Part shown: piece by piece, positions 39,881-50,049 of the stretch
How the letters are laid out: every line of letters starts with the position of its first letter
Numbering within the stretch: the first letter of the stretch is position 1
Source: Winogradskyella sp.
Lineage (GTDB): Bacteria > Bacteroidota > Bacteroidia > Flavobacteriales > Flavobacteriaceae
Assembly (NCBI GenBank): GCA_030149175.1
Contig: JASBSA010000029.1
Coordinates: 905-64,904 of the forward strand
Reading direction: 5' to 3'
DNA length: 64,000 nucleotides
The notes under the pieces: generated by a model
Database searches by the model: none
Seen by the model: only the letters and a program-made list of their open reading frames with translations
Told to the model about the DNA's origin: nothing
Translations under genes and position numbers: made by a program

Positions 39881-41785
39881 ATGTGCGGAATTAACGGACT
39901 TATAGATAAAACCCAGATGAGTGAAGACAAAATGTCTTCTATGCTTAACGCTATGAACGACCTTATCATTCATAGAGGACCTGATGAAGATGGTGTTTTT
40001 GCAGAGCAGAATGATAATTGTACTGTAGGTATGGCAATGCGTCGTTTATCCATCATTGATTTATCATCAGGAAAGCAACCTATTTTTTCTGATCATAAGC
40101 AGATTGTTATTGTCTTTAACGGTGAAATCTATAACTACAAATCTATAAAATCTAGATTAGTGTCTGAAGGTGTCACTTTTCATACAACTAGTGATACTGA
40201 AGTTATTTTAAAAGCTTATGAAAAATATGGTGTTGAGTCATTTCAATGGTTAGATGGTATGTACGGTTTCAGTATATATGATAAAAAGATAAACAAGCTT
40301 TTTATTGCCAGAGATTTCTTTGGTGAAAAACCATTATACTACACTCAAAATGACAATCAGTTTTTATGGGCGTCAGAATTAAAATCTATCGTAAAAACTA
40401 TTGACCATAAGCCAAATATCTCAAAAAAAGGATTGAATCTTTATTTTAGACTCACCTATATTCCTGCTCCACATACAATTTATGAAGGTATTTACAAGTT
40501 AGAAGCTAATCATTATTTAGAATATGATTTTGAATCATTTCAATATAGTATTCATAAAATTAACCACGAACCAGCACCAAAAACAGCAGATATTTCTTTT
40601 GAAGACGCTAAAGCAAAAACAAAAGAATTGGTTTATAACAGTGTAGATAGCAGGTCAATCGCAGATGTTGGTTTGGGTACATTTTTGTCTGGCGGTGTAG
40701 ATTCGTCTATTGTGTCACTTTGTTTATCACAAGCTACCGACAAAAGAATTGATACCTTTTCAATAGGTTTTAAAAAGGCTTCCTATGACGAAACCGACAA
40801 ATCCCGTGTGGTTGCTAAAATGTTAGACAGTAATCATCATGAATTTATTATAGATGAAGATGATTTAAAGCACAATATCCATGAGATTCTCGTTAATTTT
40901 GATGAGCCTTTCTCAGATACTGCAGCCTTACCTACTCACCTACTTTCAGAAAAAACCAGAGAGCACGTTACTGTTGCTTTAACTGGTGATGGTGGTGACG
41001 AAGTTTTTGGAGGTTACAACAAGTATTACATTGGCAAGATGAACAAAAGGTACACAAGTGTAGTACCAAAAGCACTTCATAAAACTATTGCCAAATTAAG
41101 TAACAAATACTTAATCAATAAAGATGATACGCGTGGTAAAAGATTTCAAATTAATAAACTACTAAATGCTATTAATTATGAAGGCGGTTTTTACTGGGAC
41201 ATCATTTCATTAGCCAATACCAGCAAACTTCTATCAGAAATAATGCAAGACGACTATTACGATAGTGATTTATTCCAAGAGTATAAAGAAGTTTTAGGCA
41301 AACAAAAGATTGAAAGTCTTACAGATTTTAGGCTTGTAGACAAGATCTTGAGTCTTGAAGGCGGTATGTTAGCAAAGGTTGACAGAACCAGTATGTTAAC
41401 ATCCTTAGAATGTAGAGCACCATTTTTAAATAAAACCATCTGGGAGTTTACTAACACACTGCCAGAAAGCTATTTAATGAAAGGCTGGAATAAAAAATAC
41501 ATTTTAAAGGAAGCGTTTAGAGATCAATTTCCGCAAGACTTTTTAGAAAAAGGAAAAAGCGGATTTGGCTCACCTACAGGAGATTGGCTAAGACAAAGTC
41601 TGCGAAAAGAATTAGAAAGTTATATAGAACCGGAAATGCTTAAAAAACAAGGCATTTTTAAAGTAGACGTTATAACCAAATTGGTTCAAGATCATCTCGA
41701 CAGCAAGAAAGATAGTACGTTTAGAGTGTGGTCTTACTACTGTTTCCAAAAGTGGTACAAATTTAATTTTCTAAATGAAAACTAA
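39881..41785 (+). CDS. asnB: Asparagine synthetase B-like amidotransferase
   Basis: MCGI, HRGPD, RLSIIDL, LSGGVDSS, TGDGGDEVFGGY. Confidence 0.93.
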   Translation: MCGINGLIDKTQMSEDKMSSMLNAMNDLIIHRGPDEDGVFAEQNDNCTVGMAMRRLSIIDLSSGKQPIFSDHKQIVIVFNGEIYNYKSIKSRLVSEGVTFHTTSDTEVILKAYEKYGVESFQWLDGMYGFSIYDKKINKLFIARDFFGEKPLYYTQNDNQFLWASELKSIVKTIDHKPNISKKGLNLYFRLTYIPAPHTIYEGIYKLEANHYLEYDFESFQYSIHKINHEPAPKTADISFEDAKAKTKELVYNSVDSRSIADVGLGTFLSGGVDSSIVSLCLSQATDKRIDTFSIGFKKASYDETDKSRVVAKMLDSNHHEFIIDEDDLKHNIHEILVNFDEPFSDTAALPTHLLSEKTREHVTVALTGDGGDEVFGGYNKYYIGKMNKRYTSVVPKALHKTIAKLSNKYLINKDDTRGKRFQINKLLNAINYEGGFYWDIISLANTSKLLSEIMQDDYYDSDLFQEYKEVLGKQKIESLTDFRLVDKILSLEGGMLAKVDRTSMLTSLECRAPFLNKTIWEFTNTLPESYLMKGWNKKYILKEAFRDQFPQDFLEKGKSGFGSPTGDWLRQSLRKELESYIEPEMLKKQGIFKVDVITKLVQDHLDSKKDSTFRVWSYYCFQKWYKFNFLNEN

Positions 41786-42923
41786 TACAATGCAAAAGAA
41801 GAGAGTACTTATTATAGCATCCTTTGCTGGTTCTTTAATTCGATTTAGAGGAGATTTTATCAAAAGCTTAGTCGCTAACGGTTTTGAGGTTTTTACAGCC
41901 TCACCAAGTTATACCGATGAGGATTTACAATTAATAAAAGAACGAGGTGCGCATCCAATTGAGTTTAACCTGCAACGCACAGGTTTAAACCCTTTTAAAG
42001 ATTTTAAATCTATTTTAGAATTGAAATCCATCATGAAGGAAAACAAAATTGATTTGGTTTTCCCATACACTGTAAAACCTGTAATCTATGGCTCTCTAGC
42101 AGCAAATATGATTAAAGTTCCGGTAATTTCTTTAATTACAGGATTGGGTTTTGCATTTACCGGACTTACCACTAAGGCTAGAGTTTTACAGCGTTTTAAT
42201 GAAACCCTCTATAAACTATCCATAAGAAAGAATAAGTTTATTGTTTTTCAGAATAAAGATGATTATCAGTTGTTTTTAGATCGTAAAGTAATTTCTAAAA
42301 AGCATCCCGTTGCTTTTGTAAGTGGTTCTGGTGTTAACCTGAATGAATTCACTTTCAAAGAAAAAAATCCAACAGATAAAGTCAGTTTTTTACTAATCGC
42401 TAGATTAATCAAAGAAAAAGGGATTGCACTATACATGGATGCTGCGAGAGCTTTAAAACCAAAGTATCCCAACGCAGAGTTTCATGTGATTGGAGCATTA
42501 GAAACCTCACCGAGCGCAATCAGTGAAGATGAATTGCATGAATTACATGAAAAAAATATTATTGTTTTTCATGGCAGACAAATGGATGTAGACAAACATC
42601 TTCACCAAAGAGATGTTTTTGTATTACCAAGCTATTATAGAGAAGGCATACCAAGAACAACTTTAGAAGCACTTGCTTGCGGTAATCCAATAATCACTAC
42701 AGATTCTGTAGGTTGTAGAGAATCGGTTAAAGATGGTGTAAATGGAAAATTAATAGAGCCTCAAAATTTAGAAGCCTTAATTGATGCGATGGAGTTTTTC
42801 ATTACAAATCCAGATAAGATAAAGGAAATGGGAATTAACAGTCGTAAATATGCCGAAGAACGTTTTGATGTAAATATTATTAATAATGATTTAATTGAGC
42901 TTATTAATCAATCACTAAAATAA
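41775..42923 (+). CDS. GT4 glycosyltransferase (PglA-like)
   Basis: YTVKPVIYG, ITGLG, GSGVNL, PSYYREGIPR. Confidence 0.88.
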   Translation: MKTNTMQKKRVLIIASFAGSLIRFRGDFIKSLVANGFEVFTASPSYTDEDLQLIKERGAHPIEFNLQRTGLNPFKDFKSILELKSIMKENKIDLVFPYTVKPVIYGSLAANMIKVPVISLITGLGFAFTGLTTKARVLQRFNETLYKLSIRKNKFIVFQNKDDYQLFLDRKVISKKHPVAFVSGSGVNLNEFTFKEKNPTDKVSFLLIARLIKEKGIALYMDAARALKPKYPNAEFHVIGALETSPSAISEDELHELHEKNIIVFHGRQMDVDKHLHQRDVFVLPSYYREGIPRTTLEALACGNPIITTDSVGCRESVKDGVNGKLIEPQNLEALIDAMEFFITNPDKIKEMGINSRKYAEERFDVNIINNDLIELINQSLK

Positions 42924-42991
42924 ATGCTGTTAATTTATTTTAAATTTATAGATCAATATAATACAAATAACCAAATAATAATCAACATATT

Positions 42992-43606
42992 ATGTATAAG
43001 TTATTTTTCAAAAGACTAATCGATTTTATGATTGCTTTGATTGGATTGATAATCTTGTCACCAATCATAATAAACATAATAATTTTATTGGCTATAGCTA
43101 ACAATGGTAAACCGTTTTTCTATCAAAAAAGAACAGGAAAGGGTGGAAAAATTTTTACCATAGTGAAGCTAAAAACCATGAACGACAAAAAAGATGCGGA
43201 TGGCAATCTTTTACCAGACCATGTTAGAATTACCAAAGTTGGTGATATTTGTAGACGCTACTCCTTAGACGAAATTCCACAGCTATTTAATATGCTAAAA
43301 GGGGATATGAGCTTAATTGGGCCTCGTCCTTTACTTCCAAAGTATTTGCCTCGTTACACTGAAGAACAGTTTAGACGCCATAATGTTACTCCAGGAATAA
43401 CAGGATGGGCACAAGTTAACGGTAGAAACGCCATAAGCTGGGAAGAAAAGTTTAAACTAGACACCTATTATGTAGATCATCAATCGTTTATATTAGATTG
43501 TAAAATCTTCTTTAAGACTATACAGAATGTCATTGGCAAAAAGGATATAAATTCTTCTACCAACCAACCAATGCCTGAGTTTATGGGCACTGAAAGTAAA
43601 GCTTAA
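42992..43606 (+). CDS. Initiating phosphoglycosyltransferase (PglC-like)
   Basis: KRLID, SLDEIPQL, GDMSLIGPRP, PGITGWAQVNGRN. Confidence 0.93.
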   Translation: MYKLFFKRLIDFMIALIGLIILSPIIINIIILLAIANNGKPFFYQKRTGKGGKIFTIVKLKTMNDKKDADGNLLPDHVRITKVGDICRRYSLDEIPQLFNMLKGDMSLIGPRPLLPKYLPRYTEEQFRRHNVTPGITGWAQVNGRNAISWEEKFKLDTYYVDHQSFILDCKIFFKTIQNVIGKKDINSSTNQPMPEFMGTESKA

Positions 43607-43826
43607 CAATAGAGAGCATTTCTATTAATTGAACAGACCTTAAATATTTAGTATTTAAACTATTGAGTCTAAAATTTAACAACGTAAATATTTACCTTTT
43701 ATCGTCTTTATTTGGGATAAGCAATAATATTAACGCATCTTTAAACCGATTTTAGATCGTGTCCCAAATCCCTCTAAGACATGAAATTGAGATAGTAATT
43801 ATTAATTACTTAAACAATTTTTACTT

Positions 43827-44954
43827 ATGAAACCGAAAATATGGTTGTCTTCGCCCCACATGAGCGGAGCTGAACAGACTTACATAAAAGAAGCTTTTGA
43901 TACCAATTGGGTTGCGCCGTTAGGCCCTAACGTAACTGGATTTGAAAAAGACTTAGAATCTTATCTAAAAGAAGGGAGACATGTTGCTGCATTAGCATCT
44001 GGAACTTCTGCCCTTCACTTAAGTTTAATTTTGCTGGGAGTTACTACTGGAGATGAAGTTATCTGCCAGAGTAAAACATTCTCAGCTTCAGCAAATCCTA
44101 TTGTTTATCAAGGAGCTACTCCTGTTTTTGTAGATAGTGAAACAGATACATGGAACATCTGCCCTATTCAATTAGAAATCGCAATTAAAGACAGAATTTC
44201 TAAAGGCAAAAAACCAAAAGCTATAATTGCTGTACATCTTTATGGCATGCCATATAAAGTAGATGAAATTCACAGCATCGCAAATAAATATAAGATTCCT
44301 GTTGTTGAAGACAGTGCAGAATCTCTTGGGAGTCATTTCAAAGGTCAAAATTGTGGTACGTTTGGAGATTTATCTATTTTATCCTTTAATGGAAACAAAA
44401 TTATAACCACATCAGGTGGTGGCGCTTTAGTAACTAGAACTGAATCTCAAAAAAAGAAGGCCGTATTTTTAGCAACTCAGGCCAGGGATAATGCACCTCA
44501 TTACCAGCATACTCATATCGGTTACAACTACAGAATGTCTAATATTGTTGCAGGTATTGGAAGGGGTCAAATGACTATTTTAGATAGTCACGTTGAAAAA
44601 CGTCGTTCTAATCATGATATATATTATAATACATTTAAAGACAATAATAAAATAACCTTTCTACTAGAACCTGAAGGTCATTTTTCTAATCGTTGGTTAT
44701 CATGTATTCAACTTGATTCTTATGAAACCAGAGAAGGCTTAAGGTTAGCTTTAGAAAAAGAAAATATAGAGTCTAGACCATTATGGAAACCGATGCACCT
44801 ACAACCTATATTTAAAGATGCTCCTAGCTACCTAAATGGTGTCTCGGAAGAGTTGTTTAACAGAGGCCTATGCTTACCTAGTGGATCAAACTTGAGCAAA
44901 GAAGAACTAGATAGGGTTATTTCAGCGATAAAAACGTATTTTGCAGTATGTTAG
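43827..44954 (+). CDS. DegT/DnrJ sugar aminotransferase (PglE/EpsN-like)
   Basis: WVAPLGPNV, SGTSALHL, SFNGNKIITTSGGG. Confidence 0.93.
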   Translation: MKPKIWLSSPHMSGAEQTYIKEAFDTNWVAPLGPNVTGFEKDLESYLKEGRHVAALASGTSALHLSLILLGVTTGDEVICQSKTFSASANPIVYQGATPVFVDSETDTWNICPIQLEIAIKDRISKGKKPKAIIAVHLYGMPYKVDEIHSIANKYKIPVVEDSAESLGSHFKGQNCGTFGDLSILSFNGNKIITTSGGGALVTRTESQKKKAVFLATQARDNAPHYQHTHIGYNYRMSNIVAGIGRGQMTILDSHVEKRRSNHDIYYNTFKDNNKITFLLEPEGHFSNRWLSCIQLDSYETREGLRLALEKENIESRPLWKPMHLQPIFKDAPSYLNGVSEELFNRGLCLPSGSNLSKEELDRVISAIKTYFAVC

Positions 44955-46843
44955 AAAAATTTTTAAATAAAATTTCTAAAAGATATGCCTCAAAATGGCT
45001 AGTACTGCTATTTGATATAATGGTTGTAGCTGCAACTTTTTTCTTGGCTTATTTAATTCGCTTTAACTTTACTTTAGATTTTAATATTACTTCGCTTGTT
45101 AAGCAGGTGCCTTATGTTATGATGGTAGCTGCAATAAGCTTAATTGCAGTAGGCACTTATAAAGGTGTTGTAAGATTTACAGGGTTTAAAGATATTATCA
45201 ACGTAATTATTGGCGCCAATATTTTAGCCACAATCCTTATTTGCTGTACATTTTTAAGCAGAAAACTATTAGACGACAATAGTATTTTTAATATCTCCGG
45301 ATCGATTATTTACATTCATTTATTATTGAATATACTTTTCTTAATTGGTGCGAAATTATTCATCAAATCTCTTTATAACCAAATTACCCAAGATGTAAAC
45401 AAAACAGCCAATGTTCTAATTTTTGGCGCTGGTAATTCTGGGATGCTGACCTATGATGCCATTCAGAACGATACTAAAAATGGATTTGAAGTTGTAGGTT
45501 TTATAGATGATGATGAAAGAAAAATAGGTAAGAAAATAAACTTAGTAACAGTTTATGGTCTTTCTGATATTGATGAAGACTTTATAAAAAAGAATGAAGT
45601 TGAAGATGTAATTATCTCAATACAAAATATTGACCCTTCGAGATTACTTCAGATAACAGGTAGCCTGTTCAACCTTGGCCTAAAGGTGAAAATAGTACCA
45701 CCTGTTCAAAGTTGGATTGATGGAGATTTAAGTATTGGACAGATAAAAGAAGTAAAAATTGAGGATTTACTAGGAAGAGAGCCCATACACATCAAAAATC
45801 CAGACTTAATTGATCAATACGACAACAAAGTCATATTAATAACTGGTGCTGCTGGATCTATCGGAAGCGAAATTTGCAGAAAAGTTAGTCTTTATAACTA
45901 TAAGAAACTTATTCTTGTTGATAATGCAGAATCGGCACTATACGATATTCAACAGGAATTTAGACAACAAGGTCTAGAAAATATAGATGCTATTGTTGCA
46001 GACGTTAGAAACAAAACAAGAATAGATCAAATATTCAATATTTTTAAACCAAAAATTGTTTTTCATGCTGCCGCATATAAACATGTGCCTTTAATGGAAA
46101 ATAATCCATTTGAAGCCGTTAGTGTAAATATTGGAGGCACAAAAAATGTGGTTGACATAGCTGTTAAGCATAGTATTGATAAATTTGTGTTAATTTCCAC
46201 AGATAAAGCCGTAAACCCAACCAATGTAATGGGTGCTACAAAGCGTATTGCGGAATTATATGTATCTTGTTTAAAAGGTAAAGGGCATACAAAATTTATA
46301 ACCACTCGTTTTGGAAATGTGTTAGGTTCTAACGGTTCCGTTATACCACTATTTAAAAGGCAAATTGAAAAAGGTGGTCCCTTAACAGTTACTCACAAAG
46401 ATATAACTCGTTATTTTATGACAATTCCTGAAGCATGTCAGCTTGTACTAGAAGCCGCAGCAATGGGTAATGGTGGTGAGATTTTTGTGTTTGACATGGG
46501 TGAACCAATAAAGATTTTTAACCTTGCTAAAAACATGATTATCCTCTCTGGACTAAGATATCCAGAAGACATCGACATAAAAATAACTGGATTAAGACCA
46601 GGAGAGAAAATTTATGAGGAATTGTTGGCAGATGGTGAGAACACCAAGAAAACCTATCATGAAAAAATTATGATAGCAAAATCTAGGCATGTTGACATTG
46701 AAACGGTAGAAAAACAGATCAATAAATTAACAAGTATCAATTCCTTAACACAACCATTAGAAATTGTATCTTATATTAAAGCATTAATACCAGAGTATAT
46801 ATCTAATAACTCCACCTATGAAGTTTTAGACTCAAAAAAATAA
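44948..46843 (+). CDS. UDP-GlcNAc 4,6-dehydratase (PglF/CapD-like)
   Basis: N-terminal TMs; TGAAGSIGSE, HAAAYKHVP, STDKAVNPTNVMGATK, RFGNVLGS. Confidence 0.93.
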   Translation: MLEKFLNKISKRYASKWLVLLFDIMVVAATFFLAYLIRFNFTLDFNITSLVKQVPYVMMVAAISLIAVGTYKGVVRFTGFKDIINVIIGANILATILICCTFLSRKLLDDNSIFNISGSIIYIHLLLNILFLIGAKLFIKSLYNQITQDVNKTANVLIFGAGNSGMLTYDAIQNDTKNGFEVVGFIDDDERKIGKKINLVTVYGLSDIDEDFIKKNEVEDVIISIQNIDPSRLLQITGSLFNLGLKVKIVPPVQSWIDGDLSIGQIKEVKIEDLLGREPIHIKNPDLIDQYDNKVILITGAAGSIGSEICRKVSLYNYKKLILVDNAESALYDIQQEFRQQGLENIDAIVADVRNKTRIDQIFNIFKPKIVFHAAAYKHVPLMENNPFEAVSVNIGGTKNVVDIAVKHSIDKFVLISTDKAVNPTNVMGATKRIAELYVSCLKGKGHTKFITTRFGNVLGSNGSVIPLFKRQIEKGGPLTVTHKDITRYFMTIPEACQLVLEAAAMGNGGEIFVFDMGEPIKIFNLAKNMIILSGLRYPEDIDIKITGLRPGEKIYEELLADGENTKKTYHEKIMIAKSRHVDIETVEKQINKLTSINSLTQPLEIVSYIKALIPEYISNNSTYEVLDSKK

Positions 46844-46861
46844 ACTTACAATACCAAAAAC

Positions 46862-47641
46862 ATGAAAACACGCAACCTTGTAATTCAATTAATAGCTATA
46901 TTAATTTTAACTTCTTGTGGATCTCGTAAAAATATTGTTTATTTTCAAGACGAGCCTATAGAAGACGGTGTTTTGGTTTCAGAACCAAAACCTATTATTT
47001 ACAAGCCAGATGATATCTTAACAATTAATGTATCGGCTTTAGATCCTGATACGGTGAAGCCTTTTAACCTTCAAGTAGTTTCTAATAACGATTCAAATTT
47101 ATTAAACGCTGGTGGGCAACAGCAATTCCAATCTTACTTAATAGATTATGATGGAAATATAGATTTTCCAGTACTTGGCAAGTTGAAAGTTGCTGGATTG
47201 AATCGTACTGAATTGACATCAATGTTGGTTGAAAAAATTAGTGAATATGCTAATAATCCAATAGTCAATGTAAGATTATCTAATTTTACAATTACTATAT
47301 TAGGAGAAGTTAGAAATCCTGGAACTTTTACAATACAAGACGAAAGAATTACGGTTTTAGAAGCATTGGGACTTGCAGATGATCTTACTATATTTGGAAA
47401 ACGCAAGAATGTTTTACTTATTAGAGAAGTAGATGGCAAAAAGAAGTTCGCTAAAATAGATTTAACTTCAGTTAATGCAGTAAATTCACCCGTGTACTAT
47501 CTCCAGCAAAATGATGTAATCTATATTGAGCCTAATAATGCCAGAATTAGATCATCGACTTACAATCAAAATAATAGTGTATTAATTTCTGCTATAGGAA
47601 CTTTAACAACTATCATCGCAGTATTCTTAGTAAGAAATTAA
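46862..47641 (+). CDS. wza: Polysaccharide export lipoprotein
   Basis: Lipobox LTSC; DGNIDFPVLG, LGEVRNPG, EALGLA. Confidence 0.9.
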   Translation: MKTRNLVIQLIAILILTSCGSRKNIVYFQDEPIEDGVLVSEPKPIIYKPDDILTINVSALDPDTVKPFNLQVVSNNDSNLLNAGGQQQFQSYLIDYDGNIDFPVLGKLKVAGLNRTELTSMLVEKISEYANNPIVNVRLSNFTITILGEVRNPGTFTIQDERITVLEALGLADDLTIFGKRKNVLLIREVDGKKKFAKIDLTSVNAVNSPVYYLQQNDVIYIEPNNARIRSSTYNQNNSVLISAIGTLTTIIAVFLVRN

Positions 47642-47658
47642 GAAGGTAATTACAATTT

Positions 47659-50019
47659 ATGAAATCCAAAACACCCACTCTAGATTTAAAGCAAACATTA
47701 GAACTATTCCTTTCTTACTGGAAATGGATTCTTCTTTGTGTTATCATAGCTATAATGCTTGGTTTTACACATCTTCGTTATGCTGATTATGAATATAAAG
47801 CAAATGCCACAATAAAGATTAGAGACGAAGAGCAATCTCAAAAATTGCCTAGTCTAGACGATGTTAAGGCAAATGGTTTATTTTCAGGTGGTGCGGATAA
47901 AATTAAAGATGAAATTAGAGTTATAAGATCTCGCGAGATTGCTGAAAATATAATTAAGAAGTTAGACCTTAATATTAGGTATTATGCTGATGGTAAAATA
48001 AAAGAAAAAGAGTATTACAAAGATGCACCTATTAAAATACATTTTTATGGAAGTGATTCTATAATAGACAGAATAGGTCGAGCCTTATTCATTAAAATTA
48101 AATCGCCAACGCAGTATTTACTTTTCGATGAAAAAGAGCAATCACTTTTTGATGACAGAGAAGATTCTGAAGGAAAACTATATGATTTCGGTGAGAAAGT
48201 TGATACTCCGTATGGAGGTTTTTATATTGTTCCAAATGATGGTAAGCATGCTCCCAAAGTAGGAACCAGTATAAAAATTGCTATAATCCCAGTGAGGAAG
48301 TTAATTAATGCCTACTCTAAAAATGTAACCATTACTACAGAAAAAGGGTCAAGTGTTGTAGGATTAGAACTCAAGGAAACTGTTGCCAAAAGAGCAGTAG
48401 ATTATTTAGACCAGCTTATTAAAGAGTACAATAATGATGTACTCAAAGACAAAGAGGAAGTTGTTAAAGCAACTTCTGATTTCATTACCAATAGACTACA
48501 AAGAGTTTCTAAAGAATTAGAAGAAGTAGATTACACGGCCGAAGAACTTCAAAAAAGAAATAATCTTACCGCTTTAGGTGCCCAGGCAGATCTCAACCTT
48601 CAAGCTAATAAACAATTAGAACAGCAAATAGCTAGTACCGCTACAAACATTCAATTAATTTCATACTTACAAGAAGAAATTCAAACTGAAAACAAAAGTA
48701 GCGATATGCTACCTGCAGATGTTGGAATTGGTGATGCTTCAACTGCTCAAATGATAGCAAGCCATAATGAGCTAGTTGCAGAAAGAGACAGGATATTAAA
48801 GAACTCGACACCAAAAAATCCTGTTGTTGTAAATCTCAATGATCAGATTAATGCTTTAAAATCTAATTTAGAACGATCATTAAGTAACATGAAGCAAACT
48901 TCTGAATTAACCTTGAATAACCTAAACAAGGAAAACTCAAGAATTCGTGGCCAGCTTTATGCAGCACCCACTAAAGCAAGACAATTTAGAGATATTAAAA
49001 GACAACAAGATATTAAAGAATCTTTATACTTATATCTTTTAGAAAAACGTGAAGAATCTGCGATTAGGCTCGGTATGTATACACCAAATGCTAAAATTAT
49101 TGAGAATGCTTATTCTTCTTACATGCCAATTGCTCCTAAGCCCGCAATTATCTATATAGCATCTGTCATATTAGGCCTCATGATTCCTATTGGGATAATC
49201 TATTTGATTAATCTTTTAGACTCAAAGGTTTACAACAAGAATGATTTAATTAACATATTAGATGTGCCTTATTTAGGTGATATCCCTAAAACATCTAAGA
49301 AACAAAAGCTAATAAAACGCGTTGATTACTCTCCTAAAGCTGAAGCATTTAGAATCGTAAGATCTAATATAGATTTTATTTTAAAAGATTTAAAAAATCA
49401 ACAAAAAAGGCTGTTTATCACATCTACTAAAGCTCAAGAAGGAAAATCGCACACAAGTACTAATTTAGCCAGTTCGATATCATTTTCAGAGAAATCAGTT
49501 TTACTGATTGAAATGGATATACGTGTTCCTAAAATTTTAGATTATCTTGAGATTAAAGAAAAACCTAAAAAAGGTTTATCTGATTACCTAGCTGACAGTT
49601 CTGTAAAACCTCAAGACATAGTTGTAAAACATCCTGAAAACAAATTTTTAGATATAATCCCATCTGGTACAATTCCACCTAATCCTTCTGAATTATTAAT
49701 GAGTCCTAGAGTAGCAGAACTTTTTAAGCATTTTGAAAAGAAATATGATTATATCGTAGCTGATACTTCTGCTGTTGGTCTAGTAAGTGACACCCTGCTT
49801 ATATCCGACCTTGCAAACCTATTCGTTTACGTGGTAAGTGCAGATAATGTAGACAAAAGAAGACTTGTTAGCATAGCAGAACCATTATATGAAGACAAAC
49901 GACTTCCTAATATGACAATGTTACTAAATGGTGTTAAACCTGGCAAAAAAGGCTATGGTTATGGATACGGTTATGGTAACAATCCTAATAAAAAGAAAAA
50001 ATGGTATAGTTTTTCTTAA
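47659..50019 (+). CDS. wzc: Polysaccharide co-polymerase / BY-kinase
   Basis: Two TMs; EAFR, Walker A QEGKS, PPNPSELL, GYGYGYGY tail. Confidence 0.93.
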   Translation: MKSKTPTLDLKQTLELFLSYWKWILLCVIIAIMLGFTHLRYADYEYKANATIKIRDEEQSQKLPSLDDVKANGLFSGGADKIKDEIRVIRSREIAENIIKKLDLNIRYYADGKIKEKEYYKDAPIKIHFYGSDSIIDRIGRALFIKIKSPTQYLLFDEKEQSLFDDREDSEGKLYDFGEKVDTPYGGFYIVPNDGKHAPKVGTSIKIAIIPVRKLINAYSKNVTITTEKGSSVVGLELKETVAKRAVDYLDQLIKEYNNDVLKDKEEVVKATSDFITNRLQRVSKELEEVDYTAEELQKRNNLTALGAQADLNLQANKQLEQQIASTATNIQLISYLQEEIQTENKSSDMLPADVGIGDASTAQMIASHNELVAERDRILKNSTPKNPVVVNLNDQINALKSNLERSLSNMKQTSELTLNNLNKENSRIRGQLYAAPTKARQFRDIKRQQDIKESLYLYLLEKREESAIRLGMYTPNAKIIENAYSSYMPIAPKPAIIYIASVILGLMIPIGIIYLINLLDSKVYNKNDLINILDVPYLGDIPKTSKKQKLIKRVDYSPKAEAFRIVRSNIDFILKDLKNQQKRLFITSTKAQEGKSHTSTNLASSISFSEKSVLLIEMDIRVPKILDYLEIKEKPKKGLSDYLADSSVKPQDIVVKHPENKFLDIIPSGTIPPNPSELLMSPRVAELFKHFEKKYDYIVADTSAVGLVSDTLLISDLANLFVYVVSADNVDKRRLVSIAEPLYEDKRLPNMTMLLNGVKPGKKGYGYGYGYGNNPNKKKKWYSFS

Positions 50020-50049
50020 AAATAGATTTCAAAAAACAATTTAATATTT

